From NCBI GenBank assembly GCA_964542475.1, contig CAZIUL010000007.1, positions 34,067-98,066 on the forward strand: a DNA stretch of 64,000 nt, given 5' to 3'. The notes under the pieces are model-generated. The model had not been told where the DNA came from and made no database searches. It was given only the letters and a program-made list of their open reading frames with translations. The position numbers were made by a program, and so were the translations under genes. Position 1 is the stretch's first letter; each line of letters begins with the position of its first letter. Shown here in pieces: positions 39,532 through 48,495 of the stretch. Source of the DNA: an uncultured Phycisphaerales bacterium. GTDB taxonomy: Bacteria; Planctomycetota; B15-G4; CAYZWU01.

Positions 39532-41379
39532 ATGACCAAGCCCCAATCCATCTTCGAAATGATCGTGGACCTGATCGAAAAAGCCGTTCGCACCGAGTTC
39601 GATGCGGGCATCGAGGGCCCCATCCAGCTCGCCGCGCCTCCGGAGCAGGAGCTCGGTGACTTCGCGTTCGCCTGCTTCCCTCTTGCCAGGACACTCCGCA
39701 TGCCTCCGGCCGGCATCGCGTCCAGGCTCGCACCCGTGCTCAGCCGGGACGATCTTTTTGAAACAGTCCGGGCTGCCGGGCCGTACATCAACTTCGATGT
39801 GAAGAAAGGGCTGCTGGCAAGGATCACCCTGGAAAGCCTGCTGAATGATCCCGACAGGTTCATGCGAGTCGATACAGGGCAGGGAAAAACGGTCTTGATC
39901 GAGTACTCAGCACCCAACACGAACAAGCCGCAGCACCTCGGTCACGTGCGCAACAACGTGCTCGGGATCAGCATCGTGAACATCCTGGAGGCTGCCGGGT
40001 TCAAGGTATATCCGGTGAACCTTGTGAACGACCGCGGTGCCCACATCTGCAAGTCCATGCTCGCATACGAGATGTTCGGAAACGAAAAGACCCCGGAGGA
40101 CGCTAATGTCAAGGGTGACCATTTTGTGGGCGGGTTTTATGTGCGCTACGACCGGGAAGAAGAGGCTGAGCGGCAGGAATGGCTAAAGGCCCGGCCAACC
40201 GGGCAGGAGCAGCCTGACAGCCGTGACGTTGACATGGATGCCGCTTTTCTGGGCGAGTCGAAGCTCTACTCGCGGGTGCAGGAGATGCTCAAAAAGTGGG
40301 AGAACAAAGACGAGAAGGTGCGCGCGCTCTGGAAAAAGATGAACTCCTGGGTGCTCGACGGGTTCGACTCGACATACAAGCGCTTGGGCTGCCGTTTCGA
40401 AAAGGTCTACTTCGAAAGCGACACCTACACCATAGGAAAAGAACTGGTAAAAGAAGGGCTCGACAGGGGGATCTTCTTCAAAAAAGATGACGGCTCGGTC
40501 TGGGTGGACCTTGATGACCAAGGACTCGACAGCAAGCTGCTCCTTCGGAAAGACGGAACCTCGGTCTACATCACCCAGGATCTCGGCACCACGAAGCTGA
40601 AGTTCGACGACTACAACGCGGACCAGGCCCTGTGGGTCGTTGCGGACGAGCAGATATACCACTTCAAGATGCTGTTCGCCGTGCTGATGAAACTCGGATT
40701 TCAATGGGCGAGGCGCTGTCATCACCTGGCATACGGCATGGTGGATCTGCCCGAAGGCAAGATGAAATCCCGCAAGGGCACGGTTGTGGATGCCGACGAC
40801 CTCATGGACGAGCTTCTCGAAATGGAAAAGGAAGAGATCCGAAGCCGGGATCTTGGTCTCTCTGACTCCGAGCTTGAAAAAACCGCGGAGATTCTCGCCC
40901 AGGGTGCCCTGAAGTTCTTCATCCTGAAGTTCACTCCGAAAACACGAATGACCTTCAATCCCTCGGAATCGATTTCTCCGGAAGGGTTCACCGGACCGTA
41001 TGTGCAGTACGCTCACGTGCGGATAAGAAGCATTTTCAGGAAAGCGCGGAGGGATATGTACGCGTCCCATATCGGCCCCGATCAGCTTGGAGAAACCGTC
41101 GAAAAGCTGGTCCTCCCCGAGGAGGCAGCAGTGGTCCGCCGGCTGTGCGGATTCCCGGAAGAGGTGCAAACAGCCGCGCAAAACCACAACCCCTCAAGGC
41201 TTTGCACTTACCTTTTCGAGCTCTCAAGGGAGTACAACCGTTTTTACCACAACCTCCCCGTGCTCGGAGCCGCAGAAGAGCCGCTGAAGGACGCGAGGCT
41301 CGAGCTGTCAAGGGCCGTGGCCCTCGTGATCGAGCGAGGCCTTTCCCTGCTCGGCATTGCAGTGCCGGAGCGAATGTGA
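39532..41379 (+). CDS. argS: Arginine--tRNA ligase
   Basis: GDFA, AGPYINF, EYSAPNTNKPQHLGH, MKSRKG, GPYVQYAH and anticodon-domain FNRFY-like (YNRFY) motifs. Confidence 0.96.
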   Translation: MTKPQSIFEMIVDLIEKAVRTEFDAGIEGPIQLAAPPEQELGDFAFACFPLARTLRMPPAGIASRLAPVLSRDDLFETVRAAGPYINFDVKKGLLARITLESLLNDPDRFMRVDTGQGKTVLIEYSAPNTNKPQHLGHVRNNVLGISIVNILEAAGFKVYPVNLVNDRGAHICKSMLAYEMFGNEKTPEDANVKGDHFVGGFYVRYDREEEAERQEWLKARPTGQEQPDSRDVDMDAAFLGESKLYSRVQEMLKKWENKDEKVRALWKKMNSWVLDGFDSTYKRLGCRFEKVYFESDTYTIGKELVKEGLDRGIFFKKDDGSVWVDLDDQGLDSKLLLRKDGTSVYITQDLGTTKLKFDDYNADQALWVVADEQIYHFKMLFAVLMKLGFQWARRCHHLAYGMVDLPEGKMKSRKGTVVDADDLMDELLEMEKEEIRSRDLGLSDSELEKTAEILAQGALKFFILKFTPKTRMTFNPSESISPEGFTGPYVQYAHVRIRSIFRKARRDMYASHIGPDQLGETVEKLVLPEEAAVVRRLCGFPEEVQTAAQNHNPSRLCTYLFELSREYNRFYHNLPVLGAAEEPLKDARLELSRAVALVIERGLSLLGIAVPERM

Positions 41380-41425
41380 AGGGGAGGTAGCCCCCACGCG
41401 ATCAATGTAAACATTCCGTTACCAT

Positions 41426-41490
41426 GTAGAGGCGGTTCGCGAACCGCCCGCCCCGATTCCAAACCGTAGGGCAACCGCGGGGCATTGCCC
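41426..41490 (+). repeat. Two GTAG-footed REP-like palindromes
   Basis: GTAGAGGCGGTTCGCGAACCGCC (41426-41448) and GTAGGGCAACCGCGGGGCATTGCCC (41466-41490). Confidence 0.75.
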
Positions 41491-41628
41491 GCGCCTTCTT
41501 TATACTGGAACTTGACAAAAGACACTGATCTTTGGACAGTGATCCCATAGCAACAGCCTGCCGCACGAAAAAAGAGCCTCGGGCTGATTGCCAGGGCTGT
41601 TAAAAAGGACTTCTTAAGGAGAAAACCG

Positions 41629-42120
41629 ATGAAACCTCTGACGGTGACGGCAAAGGACATAATGAATCCTGAGGTGATTACCGTGAAGAAGGAGATGACC
41701 GTACACGAGCTTGCCTGTTTTTTTGCGGACAAGATGATTTCAGGCGCGCCTGTGGTGGACGGCTCAGGCAGGCTGATCGGCGTGGTTTCTGTCACAGACA
41801 TAGTAAGAAGCGACAGCAGGCGCGCCAGCATCGTAAAAAACAAGATTATGCCTGGTTTCTACCTTCGGGGCTGGGAAGACAAGCTGGACCAGGAGGAGAT
41901 AAAGAATTTCCATGTGGAGGTGGACGACGGGGTGAGCGTAGGCGATATCATGACACATACCATCTTTGAGGTCGACGAAGAGACGGTGATCAGCGAGATG
42001 GCGGATCTCATGATCGATAAACGCGTACACAGGCTGGTCGTTACACATGAGGGGAAGGTCAAAGGCATTGTCACGGCATTCGACATGCTGAAGACAATCC
42101 GAGAGTTCACGGGAAAGTAA
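41629..42120 (+). CDS. Tandem CBS domain protein
   Basis: AKDIMN...ISGAPVVD..GRLIGVVSVTD and VGDIMT...HRLVVT...GIVTAFD motifs. Confidence 0.93.
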   Translation: MKPLTVTAKDIMNPEVITVKKEMTVHELACFFADKMISGAPVVDGSGRLIGVVSVTDIVRSDSRRASIVKNKIMPGFYLRGWEDKLDQEEIKNFHVEVDDGVSVGDIMTHTIFEVDEETVISEMADLMIDKRVHRLVVTHEGKVKGIVTAFDMLKTIREFTGK

Positions 42121-42231
42121 GGGCAACCCCTCGTGGCTGCCCTCCGGTTCATGTGAAACGACAGTGTTCTGTGTTAAGGGAAGACAAGAGGGGGCATGGA
42201 GAGCGTCGCTTTGTCGGCGCCGCAACCGAAC
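42117..42231 (+). repeat. GTAA-footed REP-like palindrome plus degenerate type B palindrome
   Basis: GTAAGGGCAACCCCTCGTGGCTGCCC (overlapping the CBS stop) and TGGAGAGCGTCGCTTTGTCGGCGCCGCAACCGAAC. Confidence 0.7.
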
Positions 42232-42327
42232 ATCTGAAAAGACAGAGTTCAGGGTTCAGGGTAAGGACACAAGATCGCTTCGCAATCGAAAAAAGGTGAT
42301 GCAAAACTCAGGTATAGGGAAACTCTC

Positions 42328-44463
42328 ATGTCCAGAACCAAGTCGCACATCCACATCGTTTACGCTCTCTTTTGCCTGTTAGTCGCTGCAACCGGGCTTT
42401 TTGTCGGCTGTGCTCACACGCTCAGATATCCGGAAGCGCCCAGAGGAGACGTTACCGACTGTTATCACGGTACAGAGGTGCCGGACCCTTTTCGCTGGTT
42501 GGAGGATCCTGACTCGGCTGAAACCAGGGCGTGGATCGATGCGCAGGTCAAGCTCGCCTTTCCCTGGCTCCATGAGACGCCTGAGCGCGAAGGGATCAAA
42601 AAACGCCTCACCGAGCTCTGGAACTACGAAAAGTACGGGACACCGTTTGTGGAAGGCGGACGCTACTTCTTCTCGAAGAACGACGGGCTGCAGAACCACA
42701 GCGTGTATTACTGGACCGATTCGCTCGATGACGAGCCAAAGGTGCTCATCGACCCGAACAAGCTGTCCGAGGACGGTACAGTGTCCCTTGGGGGGGTTTC
42801 GATCAGCAGGGACGGAAAGTACCTGGCGTACGGCCTTTCTTCAGGCGGGTCCGACTGGCGCAAGTGGTACGTGCGCGAGATTGACACCGGACGCGATCTC
42901 GACGATTGTCTCGAATGGATCAAGTTCTCGGGCGCCTCGTGGAACGATAGCAGCAGCGGCTTCTACTACTCCAGGTACGAAGAGCCCGAGGAGGGTGAAA
43001 AGCATCAGCAGGCGAACTACAACCAGAAGGTGTACTTCCACAAAATCAACACGCCCCAGTCAGAGGACGTGCTCGTCTACGAGAGACCGGAACACAAGGA
43101 CCGGACCCTGCGCGCGAGAGTGACCGATGACGGCGAATACCTGATCATCTCAATCGGCAAGGGCACGGAGCGAAAGAACCTCATCTCCTACAAGAAGCTC
43201 GACACCCCTGAAAGCCCGGTCATAGAACTCATCGGCGAGTTCGAGGCATCGTTCGGGTTCGTGGATAACAACGGCCCTGTTTTCTGGTTCAAAACAGATC
43301 TCGACGCGCCGATGAGCCGTGTGATCGCCATCGACACAAGCCGCGAAAACGGAAAAAACCGGCGCACCGTGATCGCCGAACAGAAGGAAACGCTTCGCCG
43401 AGTGAACATCGTCAACAACACCTTCATCACTTCTTACCTGAAGGATGCGCATTCGCTCGTGAAGCTGTTCGACATCCACGGAAAGCTTATCGGGGAAATC
43501 GATCTGCCGGGTCTGGGCAGGGCTTCCGGATTCGGCGGAAAGAGGCTCGATAAGGAAACCTTCTACAGATTCTCCACCTTCGATGACCCGGGAACCATCT
43601 ATCGCCTGGACATGGAAACAGGAAAAAGATCGGTCTTCCGCAGGCCGAAGGTGGCCTTCGACCTTGACCGCATCGTCACAAAGCAGGTCTTCTACAAGAG
43701 CAAGGACGGTACCCGCGTCCCGATGTTCATTGTGCATTTGAAGGGGCTGGAGCTCAACAGCGAAAACCCAACGATCCTGTGCGGATACGGCGGATTCAAC
43801 ATCTCCCAGCTCCCCTCATTTTCCACGAACACGCTTGTCTGGATGGAGATGGGAGGCGTCCATGTCATGGCGAACATCCGGGGCGGCGGCGAATACGGCG
43901 AGAAGTGGCACCAGGCAGGCATGAAACTGAACAAGCAGAACTGCTTCGACGACTTCATCGCTGCTGCTGAATGGCTCATCGAGAAGGGATATACCAGCAC
44001 GGACAAGCTGGCCATCAAGGGCGGAAGCAACGGCGGCCTGCTGGTCGGCGCCTGCATGACCCAGCGGCCGGATCTTTTCGGCGCCTGCCTGCCATCCAGG
44101 GGTGTTCTCGACATGCTCAGGTTCAACAGGTTCACCATCGGGTGGGCCTGGGTTTCAGACTACGGTTCGCCGGAGGACCCCGAGGAGTTCGAGGCGCTTC
44201 ACGCCTACTCGCCCTATCACAACATCCACCCGGGAATCGTTTACCCGGCAACGCTTATCACCACGGCTGACCACGACGACCGTGTTGTGCCTGGACACAG
44301 CTTCAAGTTCACCGCGTGCTTGCAAGAGGCCCAGGCCGGTGACGCGCCCATCCTGATCCGCATCGAAACCAAGGCCGGCCACGGCGCCGGCACTCCAACG
44401 ACCAAGCGGATCGATGAAGCCGCGGATATCTTCGCCTTTCTTGTACGCGTTCTCGAAATGTAG
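42328..44463 (+). CDS. Prolyl oligopeptidase (S9A), probable lipoprotein
   Basis: VPDPFRWLED, GYGGFNI, NIRGGGEYG, GGSNGG (catalytic Ser), DHDDRV (Asp) and AGHGAG (His) motifs; FVGC lipobox-like. Confidence 0.96.
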   Translation: MSRTKSHIHIVYALFCLLVAATGLFVGCAHTLRYPEAPRGDVTDCYHGTEVPDPFRWLEDPDSAETRAWIDAQVKLAFPWLHETPEREGIKKRLTELWNYEKYGTPFVEGGRYFFSKNDGLQNHSVYYWTDSLDDEPKVLIDPNKLSEDGTVSLGGVSISRDGKYLAYGLSSGGSDWRKWYVREIDTGRDLDDCLEWIKFSGASWNDSSSGFYYSRYEEPEEGEKHQQANYNQKVYFHKINTPQSEDVLVYERPEHKDRTLRARVTDDGEYLIISIGKGTERKNLISYKKLDTPESPVIELIGEFEASFGFVDNNGPVFWFKTDLDAPMSRVIAIDTSRENGKNRRTVIAEQKETLRRVNIVNNTFITSYLKDAHSLVKLFDIHGKLIGEIDLPGLGRASGFGGKRLDKETFYRFSTFDDPGTIYRLDMETGKRSVFRRPKVAFDLDRIVTKQVFYKSKDGTRVPMFIVHLKGLELNSENPTILCGYGGFNISQLPSFSTNTLVWMEMGGVHVMANIRGGGEYGEKWHQAGMKLNKQNCFDDFIAAAEWLIEKGYTSTDKLAIKGGSNGGLLVGACMTQRPDLFGACLPSRGVLDMLRFNRFTIGWAWVSDYGSPEDPEEFEALHAYSPYHNIHPGIVYPATLITTADHDDRVVPGHSFKFTACLQEAQAGDAPILIRIETKAGHGAGTPTTKRIDEAADIFAFLVRVLEM

Positions 44464-44758
44464 GGGCAACCCCCTGTGTGGTTGACATCCGGTGCGGGAT
44501 GGAGGGCGTCGCTCCGTCGGTGCAGCAACCGAACCTACACCGAACGAAAACGGCCTGGAGGGTCGGGGTCCTTCCCGACCGGAAAAGAAGAGGCGGCAAC
44601 AGAGTGCCGCCCTCCAGATGAAACGGCACATACCGCATGAACAATGGAGGGCGCCGCTTTGTCGGCGCCGGAAAAGAAGAGGCGGCAACAGAGTGCCGCC
44701 CTCCAGATGAAACGGCACATACCGCATGAACAATGGAGGGCGCCGCTCCGTCGGCGCC
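44460..44758 (+). repeat. BIME-like cluster: GTAG palindrome, degenerate type B, type C, and two tandem 89-bp A+B units
   Basis: GTAGGGGCAACCCCCTGTGTGGTTG; type C TGGAG-GGTCGGG-GTCCTT-CCCGACC (44556-44580); direct repeats starting at 44579 and 44668. Confidence 0.9.
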
Positions 44759-44777
44759 GCCTCCCTCTGAAAAACGC

Positions 44778-46121
44778 CTACGGCAAGAACTCGATCTCGG
44801 CCGCGTTCGACACGTAGTCATAGGGCCCGTACAACAGGAAGGCAAAACGCATTGGAACACCGATCGCATTGGGGGACAGTGGTCCCAGCGTGTTGAACTG
44901 TGCTGTTGCCGACCCTTTCGAGTCAAGGGTTCCCTGGAAATCGATAAAGGCCGGTGTGTTTGCCATCCCAAAGATCAAGGTTGTGACAAAATCCCAGTTC
45001 AGAGGGAAAACCTTGCCGCTCGGAAGAGTAAAACCCGGATCGGTTCCGGTGACGTTTCCAAGAAGAAAGTAGTTCCTGTTCGGGTGGTCCCTGCCCAGAC
45101 CGAGAGAGAAATCTATTGTGCCGCCGGTGGAAACATGGATCCGGTTGTTTTCGAGAGAAAGCGGCCCCACCGCCTCGAAATAGCGCACATAGCCTTCCGG
45201 GCTGTTGTCGAAGTTCCGGTTGCCCACAAGCAGATCCTGCACACCGTCGTTGTTCCAGTCCGCTACATCCAGGCGCGCGTAGTAGACCACGTCGATTATG
45301 CTTCCTCCGGCCTTGAGCTTCATACTTCCGTTGAACAGCGGCGAGACATCAGTGCCTGTGTTTTCCCAGTAGTTCACATTCCCGTTGTAATCGCCGCACA
45401 GGAGGTCCCTCTTGCCGTCCCGGTTCCAGTCAACCATTACCGGGCTTGCTTCGTTCCCGGTGGTAAGAGTGGACACGCCATCCTGCAGCCAGACGGCTCT
45501 GTTGAACACCGGCGTGGAAGTCGGGCTCACGTTAATGAGCAGGTGCACCTTGCCGCCATCTTCTCCCACTAGCAGGTCGACCTTGCCGTCCTTGTTCCAA
45601 TCCACGAAAAAAATGTGGGAATTGAGCCCGCAGTCGTAGTTGACCGCTCCCAGCCTCAGGAAGGTGTATCCGTTGAACTGGGGATCGTCATCCGTGTTTG
45701 TGTTCAGGTAGATGCGAATGGTTCCGTTCCGTTCGCCCACGATAAGATCCTTCTTTCCGTCTCCGTTATAGTCCACGACACGTGGACAAGAACCGAAACA
45801 TCAGGAGTACGATGTGGTAATGGTAACTCCACCGGATTTAAGCTTGACTCCTGCCGGGAACTCTGGATTGAGATCCGTGCCGTTGTTCAGGAAAAGAGTG
45901 ATGTGACCATAACCGAAACACCCGACAAGCAGGTCTTTCGCCCCGTCATTGTTCCAGTCCACAACCTCCGGGGTCGCGTGCCTGTCCACCAGGTAGGGCG
46001 ATCCATTGGCTTCGATGATGACCGCGCTCTTCAGCTCAGGCATCGCTCCATGCGCCGGCCCGGCCATGAAAGCCGACACCAGGAGCACCAGGGGTAAAAC
46101 AAAAAACACCGCTTTTCTCAT
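44778..46121 (-). CDS. Secreted FG-GAP repeat protein with in-frame TGA (candidate Sec107) and C-terminal domain
   Basis: ORFs 45801..46157 and 44778..45776 share a frame and are separated only by TGA (45803-45801) plus 8 sense codons: TITTSYS-*-CFGSCPRVVDYNGDG. RBS GGAGG and signal peptide at 46121; VVDWNNDG-type repeats on both sides of the TGA. Confidence 0.8.
45760..45798 (-). promoter_or_regulatory. Candidate bacterial SECIS element
   Basis: After the UGA: perfect GUCCAC/GUGGAC stem with a GUGUC loop starting at +20; lower stem UUUC-G-GUU / AAC-G-GAGA. Confidence 0.65.
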
Positions 46122-46306
46122 GACAACCTCCAGGATCTCAATGTACTTTATACACACAACACGGGCTTGTTTATCGCCTCTCCAGTATCAGATCGGCAGA
46201 TGAGAAGGGTTGGTTTAGCTGATGATATTTTACACGATCCCATGAAAAACGGAACGTTGAAAACAACAAATATCTTGCATGGATGTCAGGAAGAAGTGTT
46301 CGGTGT

Positions 46307-48370
46307 TCAATCTTCACCCCTCCCCTCCCCCGCTATCCTCGATCCCTTCCGCCAAGGCCTGCGCTTTTTATACGACCCGATCCTCTCCCGTATTCCCTCC
46401 TCGAGCCCGGCAATACCTGACCGCGCCGCAAGATCCGCAGCCTTTTTTGCGGTCTCGACCGCCTCGTCAAACCTGCCGGCAGCCGCGTATGCGGCAGCCA
46501 GCGTGTCAAGGATGCGCGCATCCCCGTGCCCCGTCATCCGGCTGACAGCAAGCGCCAGCCTCACCGCCTCGTTCGCTTCCGCACGGTTCGTGCCTGGGCG
46601 CGTGGCAAGGGTCCAGGCCAGGTTGTCCATGGCTTGGAAAGAGCCCGCCGGGTCGAGCCGGATCGCTTCCCGGAAATGAAACACGGCTTCGTCGGTCCTG
46701 CCGGCGCCGGTCAGGGCGATCCCGAGGTTGTTGTGGGTGTTCGCGTGGTCCGGATCGATGTCGAGGGCTGCGCGGTAAGCCTTGACAGCGCCTCCTCGGT
46801 CCCCCTTTTTGAGCAACGTGTTGGCCAGGTTGTAAATCGCGCGTGCATCGCCTGGATCCAGCTCGACAGCCCTTTTCAAAAAGCTCTCCGCCTCGTCCAT
46901 CCTGCCCCTTGCCGACAGCGCCACACCCATGTTCACGTGTGCATCCTGGTACTCGGGAGCGATCCGGATCGCTTCCTCGAAATGGTAAAACGCCTCATCA
47001 TGCCTGCCGTCAGTCTCCAACGCGATTCCGAGGTTGTTGTGAGCTATGAAGTTTTCATTGGTGTTATCAAGGCAGTTCTCAAAAAGCACAGTGCTGTTCT
47101 TCCAGTACCCGACCTGTTTCCCGGCGCTGAATCCGAGCGCGCAAAGAGCTGTTGCGGCGAACACGACCAGCGGGATCCTGGCGCGCTTGAGGGCCGCTGC
47201 GAAGCTAGCAACGATCCAGGCAATTGCAACGAAAAGCCCGATCATGGGGACATAGGTGTACCTGTCAGCCATTGCCTGGCGCCCCACCTGAACGAGCCCG
47301 ATCACAGGCACGAGGGTACCGAGATACCATAACCAACCGGTCAGGATGTACGGCCTGCGCCTCCACATGAAAACAGCGCTCGCGGTCACGCATGCCAGCA
47401 ACACAGCCGAAACGATCCACTTCCACGCATCGATGGAAGCTCCCTGATGGGGATAGTACACGCAAAGCCGCCTCGGCAGAAACATGTCAACCGCGTACTG
47501 CGCATAGGAACAAAAAGCGTTTGTCAGGCGCTGAATAAACGGGAAGATTTCGGACGATTTCACTGCCCCGCCGCTTTTTTGAACAGTATAGGTAATCACG
47601 CATGAAACGGCCGAGAGCGCGAAAAACGGAACCTTCTCCAGCAACAGGTAAGGCAGCCTCGAAAACGAAAACTCCGCGTTGCGCACAGGCGGCGGCGAAC
47701 GGCTGCTTCTGTTTTTCGAAGTACGGCTGTCAGGCCGCGTCCTTCCGAGCGGCCAGAAATCCAGAAGAAGCAGCAGAAAAGGCAGGGTCACGAGCATCGG
47801 CTTGGCCATCAGGCCGAGCGCAAAGAACAGCAGGCAGAACAGGTGCCTTCCTATACCAGGGCGTTCGGTATAGCGCAGGTAAGCCTGCAGGGCCAGCAGC
47901 ATGAACAGCGTGCTCAGGAGGTCCTTGCGCTCAGCGACCCATGCCACGGATTCAACATGAAGCGGATGGATCGCAAACAGCGCGGCAACCAGGAAAGCCG
48001 GCCAGAACATCCCGGTCATCCCTTTGAGAACGAGAAGAAGCAGGAGCGCGTTTATGATGTGCAGCAGCAGCCCGGACAGATGATGTAAGCCCGCGTCCAG
48101 GCCGAAGAGCTCGCAGTCAGCCATGTGCGAAAGCCAGGTCAGAGGATGCCAGTTGGCCTCTTCCGTTGCGAAGAAAGCCCATGAGATGTTTTCAGGGCTG
48201 AGGCCTGTGCGCACGTGAATGTTCTTCGTCACGTAGCCGGGATCGTCGTAAAGAACAAAATCGTGACCGGACACCGGCCAATAAACCGCCACGGTCGCCG
48301 CAACCAGAAGAAAAACCGCTAGCATGCGAGCCGGGCTCAACAGAGCTCTGTTTTGAGAATGTGTATTCAT
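46307..48370 (-). CDS. Multi-TM GT-C-like protein with C-terminal TPRs (TMTC-like)
   Basis: FVLYDDPGYV, NWHPLTWLSH, HPLHVESVAWVAERKD, KPMLVTLP and ADRYTY motifs followed by TPRs. Confidence 0.85.
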   Translation of the reverse strand: MNTHSQNRALLSPARMLAVFLLVAATVAVYWPVSGHDFVLYDDPGYVTKNIHVRTGLSPENISWAFFATEEANWHPLTWLSHMADCELFGLDAGLHHLSGLLLHIINALLLLLVLKGMTGMFWPAFLVAALFAIHPLHVESVAWVAERKDLLSTLFMLLALQAYLRYTERPGIGRHLFCLLFFALGLMAKPMLVTLPFLLLLLDFWPLGRTRPDSRTSKNRSSRSPPPVRNAEFSFSRLPYLLLEKVPFFALSAVSCVITYTVQKSGGAVKSSEIFPFIQRLTNAFCSYAQYAVDMFLPRRLCVYYPHQGASIDAWKWIVSAVLLACVTASAVFMWRRRPYILTGWLWYLGTLVPVIGLVQVGRQAMADRYTYVPMIGLFVAIAWIVASFAAALKRARIPLVVFAATALCALGFSAGKQVGYWKNSTVLFENCLDNTNENFIAHNNLGIALETDGRHDEAFYHFEEAIRIAPEYQDAHVNMGVALSARGRMDEAESFLKRAVELDPGDARAIYNLANTLLKKGDRGGAVKAYRAALDIDPDHANTHNNLGIALTGAGRTDEAVFHFREAIRLDPAGSFQAMDNLAWTLATRPGTNRAEANEAVRLALAVSRMTGHGDARILDTLAAAYAAAGRFDEAVETAKKAADLAARSGIAGLEEGIRERIGSYKKRRPWRKGSRIAGEGRGED

Positions 48371-48438
48371 GCCATAATCGTATAGACCGGAACCCCGGCT
48401 ATCAAGATCCGGTTCTGAATCGTGAGAAGGATAGGTGC

Positions 48439-48462
48439 AAAATTTTACCCGGTGAAAATTTT
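48439..48462. promoter_or_regulatory. AT-rich imperfect inverted repeat between divergent genes
   Basis: AAAATTTTACCCGGTGAAAATTTT in the ~125-bp divergent intergenic region. Confidence 0.25.
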
Positions 48463-48495
48463 CTACGGGCTCGGTATATACGGTATACTTCCGTC

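Noticed and set aside
44579-44758. CRISPR array (also 63844-64000)
   Set aside because: The units are 88-89 bp and the 'spacers' are identical or near-identical between units. No cas genes are present. The pattern fits REP/BIME repeats.
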